Below are positions 17,303 through 26,166 of a stretch of 64,000 bases of DNA, one piece after another; position 1 is the stretch's first letter, and each line of letters starts with the position of its first letter. This DNA is from an uncultured bacterium (GTDB lineage Bacteria > Patescibacteriota > Minisyncoccia > UBA6257 > 2-01-FULL-56-20): assembly GCA_963707865.1 (NCBI GenBank), contig OY970175.1:144748-208747 (forward strand), written 5' to 3'. The position numbers and the translations under genes were made by a program. The notes below the pieces were generated by a model, which was not told the DNA's origin, searched no databases, and saw only the letters and a list, made by a program, of their open reading frames with translations.

Positions 17303-18805
17303 CTAGTTCTGTGTATTCGGTGTCCCGCTTGCGGTCGGCGGAAGGGGACCACTACCTTGGATACGGAGCATGCCCGACGCCGGGAGCGGAACGGGGGTGG
17401 GCGGTATGGTAGTGCTGCCGGTTATGATGCTTGTCACTTGCGACAGAACATTCGCGAGGCGGTCAAGGACGCCAGTCAGCTGTAGCGTCGCGCCGACTTG
17501 GATGGGGCTTTGCACGGTGATCGTGCGGCCATCGCTGGTTTGAATAACAAACGATCCGTCGCTCGTCACTTGCGTCACGGTGCCGCCGTAGGTCTGCGCC
17601 ACGGGAGGAATAGAGATATCGCGCACAATGTCGGCATTCAGGGTCTGCCCGCCGTCGCTCGTTTCCCCGTACACATTCAGCTCGTCGCCGACCTGAAGAT
17701 CGGAGAGCTGAAGCTTGGTCCGATTGCTGTCCAAAAGAATGGTCTGTGCGTCAACGTTCACCACGTATTTTCGTGCGACGTTCCATATCGGCATGAGCGC
17801 CGACGGCACTTGAATGTTTTGCAGTGCGGAGTTCGGCGCGGAGGACGGGGAGGACTGTACGCCCATCGGGCAGGCAATAGATTGCTTCGCGTTGCCGCTC
17901 GCTCCGAAACCGTAGCAGGGATAGACGGACTGCTGCGCAACCACGAGCGTGGCGCCCGTCGCTGAGGCCGAGATGGATACGAGATCAACATTGTTCAATT
18001 GCAGGAACTCGCTCTGCGCCGGTTTTGAAAGATCGCGGACGAGGTAGGCTTGGATGCTGCCGTCCGCGTTGTAATAGCCGAAAAGGTTGATCTGATCTCC
18101 TGCAGCAAAATTGTTCAAGGTTGCGGGCGTGCGGTCGCGCAGATACAGTTTTGTGGAAGCATCAACTTCAATTCGGTACGCCGCGGTGCGGATAGGATAT
18201 GGATAAGGATAAATGGCCGGCACGGTGCCGCTCGTTGCCGGCATCATAGGCATGGCAGTTGCCGTAGACGGCGTCATGGCGGGGGGCGCTGCGTCGGATG
18301 ATGGTGTGGAAGTAACCGTAGGCGGGACGGCGGTGGGAGGGATGGGACACGCGATGGCCTGTCCGGTCGCGGAATTCTCGGAATCAAACCGGTAGCACGT
18401 TGCCGAAGATGCCGAAAGCCCAGTGGGGGCCGCGGACGGAGCCACGGTCGCGGAACCCGCGCTTGCGCCCGCGCTTCCGGGAGTACTCGCCCCGGCCGCG
18501 CCGTTGTATATCATCGGGACGATGACAGGGGTAGGATATGTCGCGAGAATCTCCGCCGGCGGATTAGTCGCCGAAACGCTCTCTACGGTCAAGTCATTGA
18601 ATTGAATGAAACCGGATTCGATCATCGGCGGCGGGGCAATCGGCATCGGCGGTGAGACGATGATGGCTGGTGAGGCCTGCCCCCCACCGCTTTGGCCGAC
18701 GCCTACACCTACACCGATACCCGTTGTTTGTGCTCCTGCGAGCGGCACCATAAGCGCCACCACTGCAATTTGACCGATTGCTGCAAGTATCGCATTTTTT
18801 TTCAT
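17303..18805 (-). CDS. Secreted Pro/Ala/Ser/Thr-rich repeat protein with three ~50-aa beta-rich repeats (DUF5666-like)
   Basis: Signal peptide MKKNAILAAIGQIAVVALMVPLAGAQ. Three internal repeats: (T/A)xLxL...LxxxDLxVGDxLNVYG...xADIVRDIS, T(V/I)TQVTSDGSFVIQTSDGRTITVQS, and RIEVDASTKLYLRDRTP...INLFGYY. Long low-complexity linkers. Confidence 0.75.
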   Translation of the reverse strand: MKKNAILAAIGQIAVVALMVPLAGAQTTGIGVGVGVGQSGGGQASPAIIVSPPMPIAPPPMIESGFIQFNDLTVESVSATNPPAEILATYPTPVIVPMIYNGAAGASTPGSAGASAGSATVAPSAAPTGLSASSATCYRFDSENSATGQAIACPIPPTAVPPTVTSTPSSDAAPPAMTPSTATAMPMMPATSGTVPAIYPYPYPIRTAAYRIEVDASTKLYLRDRTPATLNNFAAGDQINLFGYYNADGSIQAYLVRDLSKPAQSEFLQLNNVDLVSISASATGATLVVAQQSVYPCYGFGASGNAKQSIACPMGVQSSPSSAPNSALQNIQVPSALMPIWNVARKYVVNVDAQTILLDSNRTKLQLSDLQVGDELNVYGETSDGGQTLNADIVRDISIPPVAQTYGGTVTQVTSDGSFVIQTSDGRTITVQSPIQVGATLQLTGVLDRLANVLSQVTSIITGSTTIPPTPVPLPASGMLRIQGSGPLPPTASGTPNTQN

Positions 18806-18858
18806 ATTCTTATAGTATATAGAACGAGCGTGCGGCCTCCCGCGTTACATTTATTTTT

Positions 18859-19875
18859 ATGAAACTATCCATCGGCATTGTGGGGCTTCCAAATGTTGGG
18901 AAATCAACGCTGTTCAAGGTTTTGACGAAACAAAACATTGTGATCGCGAACTATCCGTTCGCGACGATCGATCCGAATGTGGGTGTTGTCGCGGTTCCCG
19001 ACGAACGGCTGGAGAAACTGAACGCGCTGAGCAAATCCAAAAAAAAGATCCCAGCGGTTGTGGAATTTTATGATATTGCAGGACTCGTGAAGGGTGCCTA
19101 CAAGGGCGAGGGGCTCGGCAACCAGTTCCTTTCGCACATTCGCGACACGCAAGCGATCGTGGTCGTTCTCCGGGTATTCCAGGATTCGGAGATCATCCAC
19201 GTGGAAAACTCCGTGGACCCTCTGCGCGATCTGGAAATTATAAATTCGGAATTGATGTTGAAGGATCTGGAAACCGTTCAAAAGCGGCTCGTGAGGGCGG
19301 AAGCGGAAGCGCGAAGTGGTCAAAAGGAAGCGGCGCGGGACAAAGAAATCCTTACGCGTCTAAAAAAATGTTTGGAGGAAGGGAATTTGCCGATAGGGGA
19401 CGCGGCACTCATGCACAACCTCGCGCATGATGGCCGCATGAACGATCTCAATCTTTTAACGCTCAAGCGGCAGATATATCTTTTGAACGGCGAAGAGAAT
19501 GATGTTTCTGCGGAACTCACGGCAAAAATAAAATCGCTCGGCGCCGATTACCTCATCGCTGATCTCGCAGGCACGGATGCGGTGCCAGAACTTATTAAAA
19601 AAGCATACCAAGTGCTTGGTCTCGTGAGTTTCTTTACGACGGGGGAGGACGAAACGCGCGCGTGGACGATCGTGCATGGCACGAAGGCGCCGCAGGCGGC
19701 TGGCGTCATCCACACCGATTTTGAGGAGAAGTTCATCCGACTTGAAGTGGTCGGTTATGAAAAGCTTATGGAAGCCGGCGGTTGGAACCAAGCGAAGCAA
19801 AAAGGATGGATACGGATAGAGGGAAAGGAGTACGAGGTAAAAGACGGCGACGTCCTCGTCGTCCGCCACGGGTAG
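18859..19875 (+). CDS. ychF: Ribosome-binding ATPase YchF
   Basis: GIVGLPNVGKSTLF P-loop and the ~100-aa C-terminal extension typical of YchF/OLA1. Confidence 0.9.
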   Translation: MKLSIGIVGLPNVGKSTLFKVLTKQNIVIANYPFATIDPNVGVVAVPDERLEKLNALSKSKKKIPAVVEFYDIAGLVKGAYKGEGLGNQFLSHIRDTQAIVVVLRVFQDSEIIHVENSVDPLRDLEIINSELMLKDLETVQKRLVRAEAEARSGQKEAARDKEILTRLKKCLEEGNLPIGDAALMHNLAHDGRMNDLNLLTLKRQIYLLNGEENDVSAELTAKIKSLGADYLIADLAGTDAVPELIKKAYQVLGLVSFFTTGEDETRAWTIVHGTKAPQAAGVIHTDFEEKFIRLEVVGYEKLMEAGGWNQAKQKGWIRIEGKEYEVKDGDVLVVRHG

Positions 19876-19971
19876 GTTTACAAAAAGATTTTTTTGTGGT
19901 AAGATACCACGCGGTATCGTCGGGGTGGGGCAATTACACCCGACGAAATTTTGGGAGATATGGAGGCTATA

Positions 19972-20438
19972 TGAATAGTGATTTTCGGAACGGCATGGAA
20001 TTCGCTTTTTTTCTAGACCGACTACGAGAGGCCGTTGGAAATTATATTTCCGAGGGAGTGGTTCAAGATGCCGAAAGGGTCACCCTACAGGAATTCAGAG
20101 CGGAGCTGGAACAGACGCTCGACTATTTCGAAAAGCTTTCAGAGAACGTTGGAGGCTGGACGTCCCAGTTCATACCCACGGCGCTCAACGCTAAGGCGGC
20201 TGGTTGTCGCCTTACGGACAGGGTCAAATACCTCCTTTTTTGGGTCCAAGATTCTTTTGAGGTTCGGCTGACCCATTCCGGGTTGATCAACGTTAGTGAA
20301 ACGCTGCGTGCCGGCAGGGAAGCCCTTAACTACTTCGATTTGTTAATTGATGGGCGGCTGGGTGAGAAAATCGCTGCCCGTCTCTGCCTGCATCTTCAAA
20401 GCAGGGCGAGGAAGCCAAGCGAGGCTTTAGCCTCGTGA
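19972..20438 (+). CDS. Hypothetical protein
   Basis: GGAGG RBS upstream of ATG 19972. The ORF-track start at 19782 overlaps ychF and is unlikely. Confidence 0.45.
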
Positions 20439-21047
20439 CCTTCTCTCCAGTGCGGACGCGAGGGTTTCATCGTCCGCAAACTCTATTTCACCACCGGTTG
20501 GGAGCCCTCGCCCCAACCGGCTTAATTTTTTTGTGAGCGGTGCGAGTTCTTTCGTAAGGAGCGATGCTTGGAGGTCGCCGAGGGATGTGGGATTGAAGGC
20601 AAGGATTACCTCTTCCGCCTTGGCGCCGAGACCCACGGGCGGCTTCTTTTCAATAAAACTTTTTAAGCTTTGGAGGCGCAGCTTCTGCCAATCCTCAAGA
20701 AATCCGGTCTTGGGAATTTCGCCAATGATAAAATAACGCCCGGAGAATTTTCCGGTGTTTTCCAAAGAAACAAGATCGGTTTCTTTTTCCACGATCATGA
20801 CGATGTTCTGTGCGCGGTGGGGATTCTTGCAGATATCGCAAAGTGCGCCATCGTTTTGATGGATGAAAAAGCAGCGTTCGCAGATTTTTATGTCTCCGAG
20901 TTCGGCAATGCTCGTCGCAAGACCGCGGATGTTTTGTTTTCCCTCGTTGATTAAGTGGAACGCGAGCCGAATCGCTTGACGCGGCCCAATGGAGGGAAGC
21001 TCGGAAAGTTCATCAACGACTTTTTGGATCGGCGCAGGAAGCTTCAT
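20427..21047 (-). CDS. recR: Recombination protein RecR
   Basis: HhH N-terminus ELPSIGPRQAIRLAFHL, C4 zinc finger CERCFFIHQNDGALCDIC, and a Toprim domain. Confidence 0.9.
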   Translation of the reverse strand: MKLPAPIQKVVDELSELPSIGPRQAIRLAFHLINEGKQNIRGLATSIAELGDIKICERCFFIHQNDGALCDICKNPHRAQNIVMIVEKETDLVSLENTGKFSGRYFIIGEIPKTGFLEDWQKLRLQSLKSFIEKKPPVGLGAKAEEVILAFNPTSLGDLQASLLTKELAPLTKKLSRLGRGLPTGGEIEFADDETLASALERRSRG

Positions 21048-21115
21048 GCAGAAATTGTAGCACGGTTTCGGTGCGGTGTGGCACGTGGTATTGCGCGGGC
21101 GGGGCTCTACGGTTC

Positions 21116-22510
21116 TTATAATGCCGGAAGTTCACTGTACCGCTTTTCAACGCTTCTGAAGGTAACCCGTTCCGGATCAAAGGCGACTTCCACCTCGCCG
21201 ATGGGGCCGTTCCTGTGTTTTGCGATGAGAAGCTGCGTGACGTTCTCGGTGTCGCCGCTCCCGCTGCTCGTATTGCTCTCGCCGCCGATGTCAAACGTGT
21301 CGGCACTGCGGTCCTTGCGGTAGATGAACATTACGACGTCCGCATCTTGCTCAATGGAGCCGCTATCTCTCAAATCCGAGAGCCGTGGGACTTTGCGATC
21401 GCGCTGCTCCACGCCGCGCGAGAGCTGCGAGACGGCGAGAACCGGCACTTTAAGTTCACGCGAAAGTGCCTTCAGGCCGCGCGAGATCTCTGTGACCTGC
21501 TGGACCATGTTATCGGAATTCGTGCGCGGGCGAATGAGCTGGAGATAATCCACGATTAAAAGATCCAGGCCGTGTTCCACCTGCAGGCGCCGCGCCATGG
21601 AACGCATTTGCATAATGTTCAACGACGGACTGTCGTCAATAAAAAGTTTCGTTCCAGAAAGGCGGTCCAGCGCTTGCTGGATCATGCCGAATTCCGTATC
21701 GCTCTTGATGCGGCCGGTGAGGATGTTCCAGAGCGGTACCTGTGATTCCGCAGAAATGATGCGATCAATGACCTGTTCGCGCGACATTTCAAGCGAGAAA
21801 GTGCCTACGGTATGGCCCGCGAGCGCGGCATGGCGCGCAATGTCCAAGGCGAATGCGGTTTTGCCGGTTGACGGCCGCCCGCCGAGAATGATGAGATCGG
21901 ATTTTTGTAAACCGGACAGTTTGTTATCAAGCGCAGTGAAACCGGTGGGGACCCCGCGGAGCTTGTCGCCGCCCTCATGGAGCTTCGCCATACGCTCCGC
22001 GGCGTTTTTCAATTCGTCCTTTACGGCAAGAAAATTCTGCGGAGTGGATTTTTGCGAAATGGACAAAATCTTCTGTTCAATGTTGTCCATTAGGTCTTCA
22101 AGCTCCTGCGTTGGCCCGAACACATCCTCCGTGATTTCGGCGGATGCTTTGATAAGATCGCGCAGCACTTTTTTTTCTTTCACGATGCCTGCGTAATGTT
22201 GCACGTGTGAGGCCGTCGTTACCTGATTCGTGAGGTCTGCAAGATAGCTTGAGCCGCCGATCTGCGTGAGCAAATCCCTTTCTTTGAGGTAGTTCGTCAA
22301 GCTTAACACATCAATCGGTTGCCGCTTTTCATAGAGCGCGAGGATCGCTTCGTAGATCTTTTCATGGGCCGGCGAATAGAAATCCTCCGGCGCGATCACG
22401 TCCGCCACGCGGAAAATCGCGTTCTTATCTATCAGAATGCTTCCCAAAACCGCCTGTTCGGCTTCAAGGTTCTGTGGCGGGATTTTTAGTTGTGATTTTT
22501 TTGTTGCCAT
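21116..22510 (-). CDS. dnaB: Replicative DNA helicase DnaB
   Basis: N-terminal PPQNLEAEQAVLGSIL, Walker A GGRPSTGKTAF, and RecA-fold C-terminus. Confidence 0.9.
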   Translation of the reverse strand: MATKKSQLKIPPQNLEAEQAVLGSILIDKNAIFRVADVIAPEDFYSPAHEKIYEAILALYEKRQPIDVLSLTNYLKERDLLTQIGGSSYLADLTNQVTTASHVQHYAGIVKEKKVLRDLIKASAEITEDVFGPTQELEDLMDNIEQKILSISQKSTPQNFLAVKDELKNAAERMAKLHEGGDKLRGVPTGFTALDNKLSGLQKSDLIILGGRPSTGKTAFALDIARHAALAGHTVGTFSLEMSREQVIDRIISAESQVPLWNILTGRIKSDTEFGMIQQALDRLSGTKLFIDDSPSLNIMQMRSMARRLQVEHGLDLLIVDYLQLIRPRTNSDNMVQQVTEISRGLKALSRELKVPVLAVSQLSRGVEQRDRKVPRLSDLRDSGSIEQDADVVMFIYRKDRSADTFDIGGESNTSSGSGDTENVTQLLIAKHRNGPIGEVEVAFDPERVTFRSVEKRYSELPAL

Positions 22511-23948
22511 GAGGGAAGAATATTTTTACGACTTCAGTAGTGTTCACCTTATCCCTTACGGAGAAGTTTAAAGCTTTTATTTCTTTTCTCAAGGCGTCGG
22601 ACTGCATAAACTGTTTATTATCTCTTAATGTTTTATATTCTTTCATTTTCCTTGCAATTTCCTCATCTTTTTCGGGAGAATAATGCATTGGGACGTCCAA
22701 GCGGAGACCCAATACCTCATCAAAGCGTTTCACGAGCTCTAATTTTTTCATGGGATCTCCATGATCGCCGAGCATATCGTGCAGTACACTGAGAGCTTTG
22801 GGGATGTTTAAATCGTCATCAATAGCTTCCAGGAACGCTTCTTCGTATTCCTTAAGGCTTTTCGTCTCTTTCCCACCAACAAGGTTCTTTCCGTCGTAAT
22901 TCGGCTGAATAGCTTGCGCATGACAATCATAGATCGTTCTATAAAGCCGTTCCATTGCATTTCTCGCGGAGTCCAAACTCTCCCATGTGAAATTGATCTT
23001 GGTCCTATAGTGCGCACCAAGAACAAGATAGCGAAAAAGAATGGGTTGATATCCTTTCTTTTCGAGCTCGGAGAGCGTAATGAAGTTGCCCTCCGATTTT
23101 CCCATGCGTGCGTCATTAATGATTAGATGCTCTCCATGCACCCAGATGTTCGCGAGCGGTACCCCGTAGGCCGCCTCGGACTGTGCGATCTCATTCGTAT
23201 GATGTGTGCCGATATGGTCCACGCCGCCGGTGTGGATATCAAATGGTTGTCCGAGAAAATGCCGCGAGATAGCGGAGCATTCAACATGCCAACCAGGGAA
23301 ACCTTCCCCCCACGGTGACGGCCAGTGCAAAAGATGTTTTTTGAATTTACCCGTGAGCTTGAACCAGAGCGCAAAGTCGGCGGCATTGCGCTTTTCTTTG
23401 TCCACGACTATTTCGTCGCGTGCGCCAACTACCTTTTCTTCCAGTGACTGACCGGAAAGTTTGCCATATTGTTTAAATTTGCTTACGTCGAAATAAACGG
23501 CGTTCGGCGTTTGGTAGGCGAACCCTTTTTCAAATAATGTTTGAATGATGGCGATCTGCTCGCCTATGAATTTCGTTACCGGCGCAATGATGTCCGGTTT
23601 TTTGATGCTCAGTTTTTCAAGATCATTGAAGAAAGCATCGGTGTAGAACTGTGCAATTTCTTCAGTGGATTTTTTCTGCGCTTGTGCCGCCTTGTCCATC
23701 TTATCGTCGCCGGCGTCGGAATCGTTGGTAAGATGTCCCACATCCGTGATGTTCATCACACGGCGCACGGCATAGCCATTGTATTCAAGCGTTCTTTGGA
23801 GAATATCCTCAAAAATGTACGTGCGGAGGTTGCCGATATGCGCGAAATTGTAGACTGTCGGTCCGCAGGTGTAGAGCCCGACCCATTCTTTGTGGATCGG
23901 CGTTAACGTCTCTTTTTCTCGTGTGAGCGTATTAAAAAGCCGGAGCAT
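22464..23948 (-). CDS. cysS: Cysteine--tRNA ligase
   Basis: YTCGPTVYNFAHIGNLRTY (HIGH region) and the KMSKS-equivalent KMGKSEGN. Confidence 0.9.
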   Translation of the reverse strand: MLRLFNTLTREKETLTPIHKEWVGLYTCGPTVYNFAHIGNLRTYIFEDILQRTLEYNGYAVRRVMNITDVGHLTNDSDAGDDKMDKAAQAQKKSTEEIAQFYTDAFFNDLEKLSIKKPDIIAPVTKFIGEQIAIIQTLFEKGFAYQTPNAVYFDVSKFKQYGKLSGQSLEEKVVGARDEIVVDKEKRNAADFALWFKLTGKFKKHLLHWPSPWGEGFPGWHVECSAISRHFLGQPFDIHTGGVDHIGTHHTNEIAQSEAAYGVPLANIWVHGEHLIINDARMGKSEGNFITLSELEKKGYQPILFRYLVLGAHYRTKINFTWESLDSARNAMERLYRTIYDCHAQAIQPNYDGKNLVGGKETKSLKEYEEAFLEAIDDDLNIPKALSVLHDMLGDHGDPMKKLELVKRFDEVLGLRLDVPMHYSPEKDEEIARKMKEYKTLRDNKQFMQSDALRKEIKALNFSVRDKVNTTEVVKIFFPHGNKKITTKNPATEP

Positions 23949-23960
23949 GACTCAAAACGT

Positions 23961-24842
23961 TTAAAACCATCCCTTCCGTTTGAAATAGATTGCGAGAATT
24001 ATCATCGCGGCGGCCATGGCGCCGGCCACGATCCAAAAAGCGCCCGGAAGACCTATGATGGGGGTGTCCTGCGTCCTCATGCTGAAGAGCCCGGCGAGGA
24101 GCACGAAAGGGAAGGTGAGGAACGAGAGCGCGGTGAACGTTTTCATCACGTTAGAAATTTTCAGGTTCATCAGTTGGTTGTTGGTTTCCTCAAAGTCAAC
24201 GATGGTCTCGCGGTAGTCCTCCAGCTGGTTCACCACTTTCAGTTGGTCCCCGATGAGGTCGTTCAGGTATATTTCCGCATCGTCTCCCCAGAATTTTTTT
24301 CCTTTGGCAAGGAGCGAGCGGAGGATCGGCTCTTGAAGGCGTACGATGATGCGGTATTCCGATACGTCGCGCTTCAGGTACATGATGCGCGCGAGGACTT
24401 CCTGCTCTTTCCCTTTGAAGATATTCCGGCCGACGTCTTCCACTTTTTCTCGGACGTGGCGCAGCTGCCGTTCTTCATAAGCAATCAGGTGTTCCACGAT
24501 GTGGCACATGAGCTCCAGGGAGTTTTTTTCGTGCCGCACTGCAAAGTGATCCAGTGCTTCCGTGATCGGTTCGTAATGGACGGTGGCGACGGTATCCTTT
24601 GCGACGATGAAATCTATTTCCGTCCGCACCGACGTTTCATCGTCCGTATCGTACTTCGGGAAGTAATAAACAAAAAAGAGATAGTCCTTATAGACCTCCG
24701 CGTGCGCCCGCGCGGAGGGACCCTTAAGCTCATCCACGATGACCGGGTGCAATCCGAATTTCTTCTTGAGCCATGCAAGATCGTTTCTCGTCGGCCGCGC
24801 GATGTCAATCCATTCCACGTGTGTGTTCCTCTCGGTATCCAT
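23961..24842 (-). CDS. corA: Magnesium/cobalt transporter CorA
   Basis: C-terminal two TM helices with the GMN-like loop (FSMRTQDTP), and a cytoplasmic funnel domain. Confidence 0.8.
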   Translation of the reverse strand: MDTERNTHVEWIDIARPTRNDLAWLKKKFGLHPVIVDELKGPSARAHAEVYKDYLFFVYYFPKYDTDDETSVRTEIDFIVAKDTVATVHYEPITEALDHFAVRHEKNSLELMCHIVEHLIAYEERQLRHVREKVEDVGRNIFKGKEQEVLARIMYLKRDVSEYRIIVRLQEPILRSLLAKGKKFWGDDAEIYLNDLIGDQLKVVNQLEDYRETIVDFEETNNQLMNLKISNVMKTFTALSFLTFPFVLLAGLFSMRTQDTPIIGLPGAFWIVAGAMAAAMIILAIYFKRKGWF

Positions 24843-24869
24843 TGAAAATATTGTACCATACCGTGCGTA

Positions 24870-24896
24870 TTAGCACTCTCTTGACATGATTGCTAA
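24870..24896 (+). promoter_or_regulatory. CIRCE element (HrcA operator) TTAGCACTC-N9-GATTGCTAA, overlapping a sigma-70-like promoter (-35 TTGACA 24881-24886, -10 TATAAT 24903-24908)
   Basis: One mismatch to the consensus TTAGCACTC-N9-GAGTGCTAA. 16-nt promoter spacer. The -10 box ends 7 nt before ATG 24916. Confidence 0.75.
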
Positions 24897-24915
24897 TCGC
24901 GCTATAATGGCCTTG

Positions 24916-25587
24916 ATGAATGAGCGGACGTTGCAAATCCTTGAAGCGGCAGTGCAGGGTTTCATTGCGACAGGGGAGCCCGTGAGCTCGGGATGGCTTT
25001 TTGACCATTACGATTTCGGTATCAAGCCGGCGACGATTCGGTTGGAGCTTGACGCGCTGGAGGACGCGGAATATTTGGAGCAGCCGCATCATTCGGCCGG
25101 ACGCGTGCCCACGGATGCGGGTTACGAATTTTTCGCAAAGCGGCTTTTGGGCACAGTTTTGGAATCGCGCGAACCGACCCTTGCCGAACTTTTTCACGAG
25201 CGCGCGTGGCCGGATCTTTTGGGCCATCTTTCTGCGGAATTGCGGCTCGTGAGCGTGGCTGCGGACCTTGCGCACGAAGCGGTTTATAAGGCCGGCCTTG
25301 AGGAGCTCGTGGACTGCCTGGATTGGGAAAATCGTGACGAGATCCGCTCGGTGATTCGCGATTTTGAAGATGTGGACGAGCGTTTGCCGCGGGCGGCGGA
25401 GAAAATTGGCCCGGCGGGCGAAGCGCCGAAGGTCTTCATCGGCAGGAAAAGCCCGCTTACGAAAAGTGAGAACCTTTCCGTGATCGGCGGGAATTACCGC
25501 GTGGGCGGTACCACCATTTCTATGTTTGCCATTGGCCCGAAGCGGATGGATTATAAAAAGGTCATAAGAATTTTCAAAAGTTTGTAA
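24916..25587 (+). CDS. hrcA: Heat-inducible transcription repressor HrcA
   Basis: N-terminus MNERTLQILEAAVQGFIATGEPVSSGWL matches the HrcA winged-helix start. ATG 24916 sits at the predicted transcription start, so the transcript is probably leaderless. The ORF track begins earlier at 24886. Confidence 0.85.
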   Translation: MNERTLQILEAAVQGFIATGEPVSSGWLFDHYDFGIKPATIRLELDALEDAEYLEQPHHSAGRVPTDAGYEFFAKRLLGTVLESREPTLAELFHERAWPDLLGHLSAELRLVSVAADLAHEAVYKAGLEELVDCLDWENRDEIRSVIRDFEDVDERLPRAAEKIGPAGEAPKVFIGRKSPLTKSENLSVIGGNYRVGGTTISMFAIGPKRMDYKKVIRIFKSL

Positions 25588-25596
25588 TATATAATC

Positions 25597-26124
25597 ATGG
25601 CAGAGGAGGAAAAAGATAAAAACACGAAACCTGACGTAATGGATGCAACGTCAGGCGTAGCCGCAACAGACGCGCTCACGGAAAAGCTCGCCGAGGCGGA
25701 AAAACAGCGCGACGAGTATCTCGCTGGTTGGCAACGGGCGAAGGCGGACTTCATCAATTACAAAAAAGAGGAATTCGCGCATTTGGAAGAGGTGGCGCGG
25801 TACGGGAGCGAGGATCTGATCGGGGATCTCATTACGGTGCTTGATAATTTTGATCTTGGGCTGCGGGCGTTTGAAAAGAACGGCACCGTAGAAAAGGGCG
25901 TTTACCTCATCCGGTCGCAGATAGAAGATATTTTGAAAAAGCGCGGACTTACGAAGATAATCATTAAGCCGGGCGATCCGTTTAACCCGGCGGTCGCCGA
26001 GGCGATGACCGAGGTGGAATCGGAACAATCGCCCGGGACGATCGTGGAAGAGATAGAGCCCGGATACAAATTACATGACAGGGTATTGCGGGCCGCGCGC
26101 GTCATTATAGCAAAAAGCAAATAA
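25597..26124 (+). CDS. grpE: Nucleotide exchange factor GrpE
   Basis: EYLAGWQRAKADFINYKKEEF and a C-terminal beta domain. Confidence 0.9.
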   Translation: MAEEEKDKNTKPDVMDATSGVAATDALTEKLAEAEKQRDEYLAGWQRAKADFINYKKEEFAHLEEVARYGSEDLIGDLITVLDNFDLGLRAFEKNGTVEKGVYLIRSQIEDILKKRGLTKIIIKPGDPFNPAVAEAMTEVESEQSPGTIVEEIEPGYKLHDRVLRAARVIIAKSK

Positions 26125-26166
26125 AACCAGTCGAAAATAGAAATTAAATAATTTTAAACAAGAACA

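Noticed and set aside
19876-19971. Hairpins GATACC-ACGC-GGTATC and GTCGGGGTG...CACCCGAC after ychF, as an sRNA or tRNA-like element
   Set aside because: No tRNA cloverleaf could be built. Most simply a weak terminator or leader structure.
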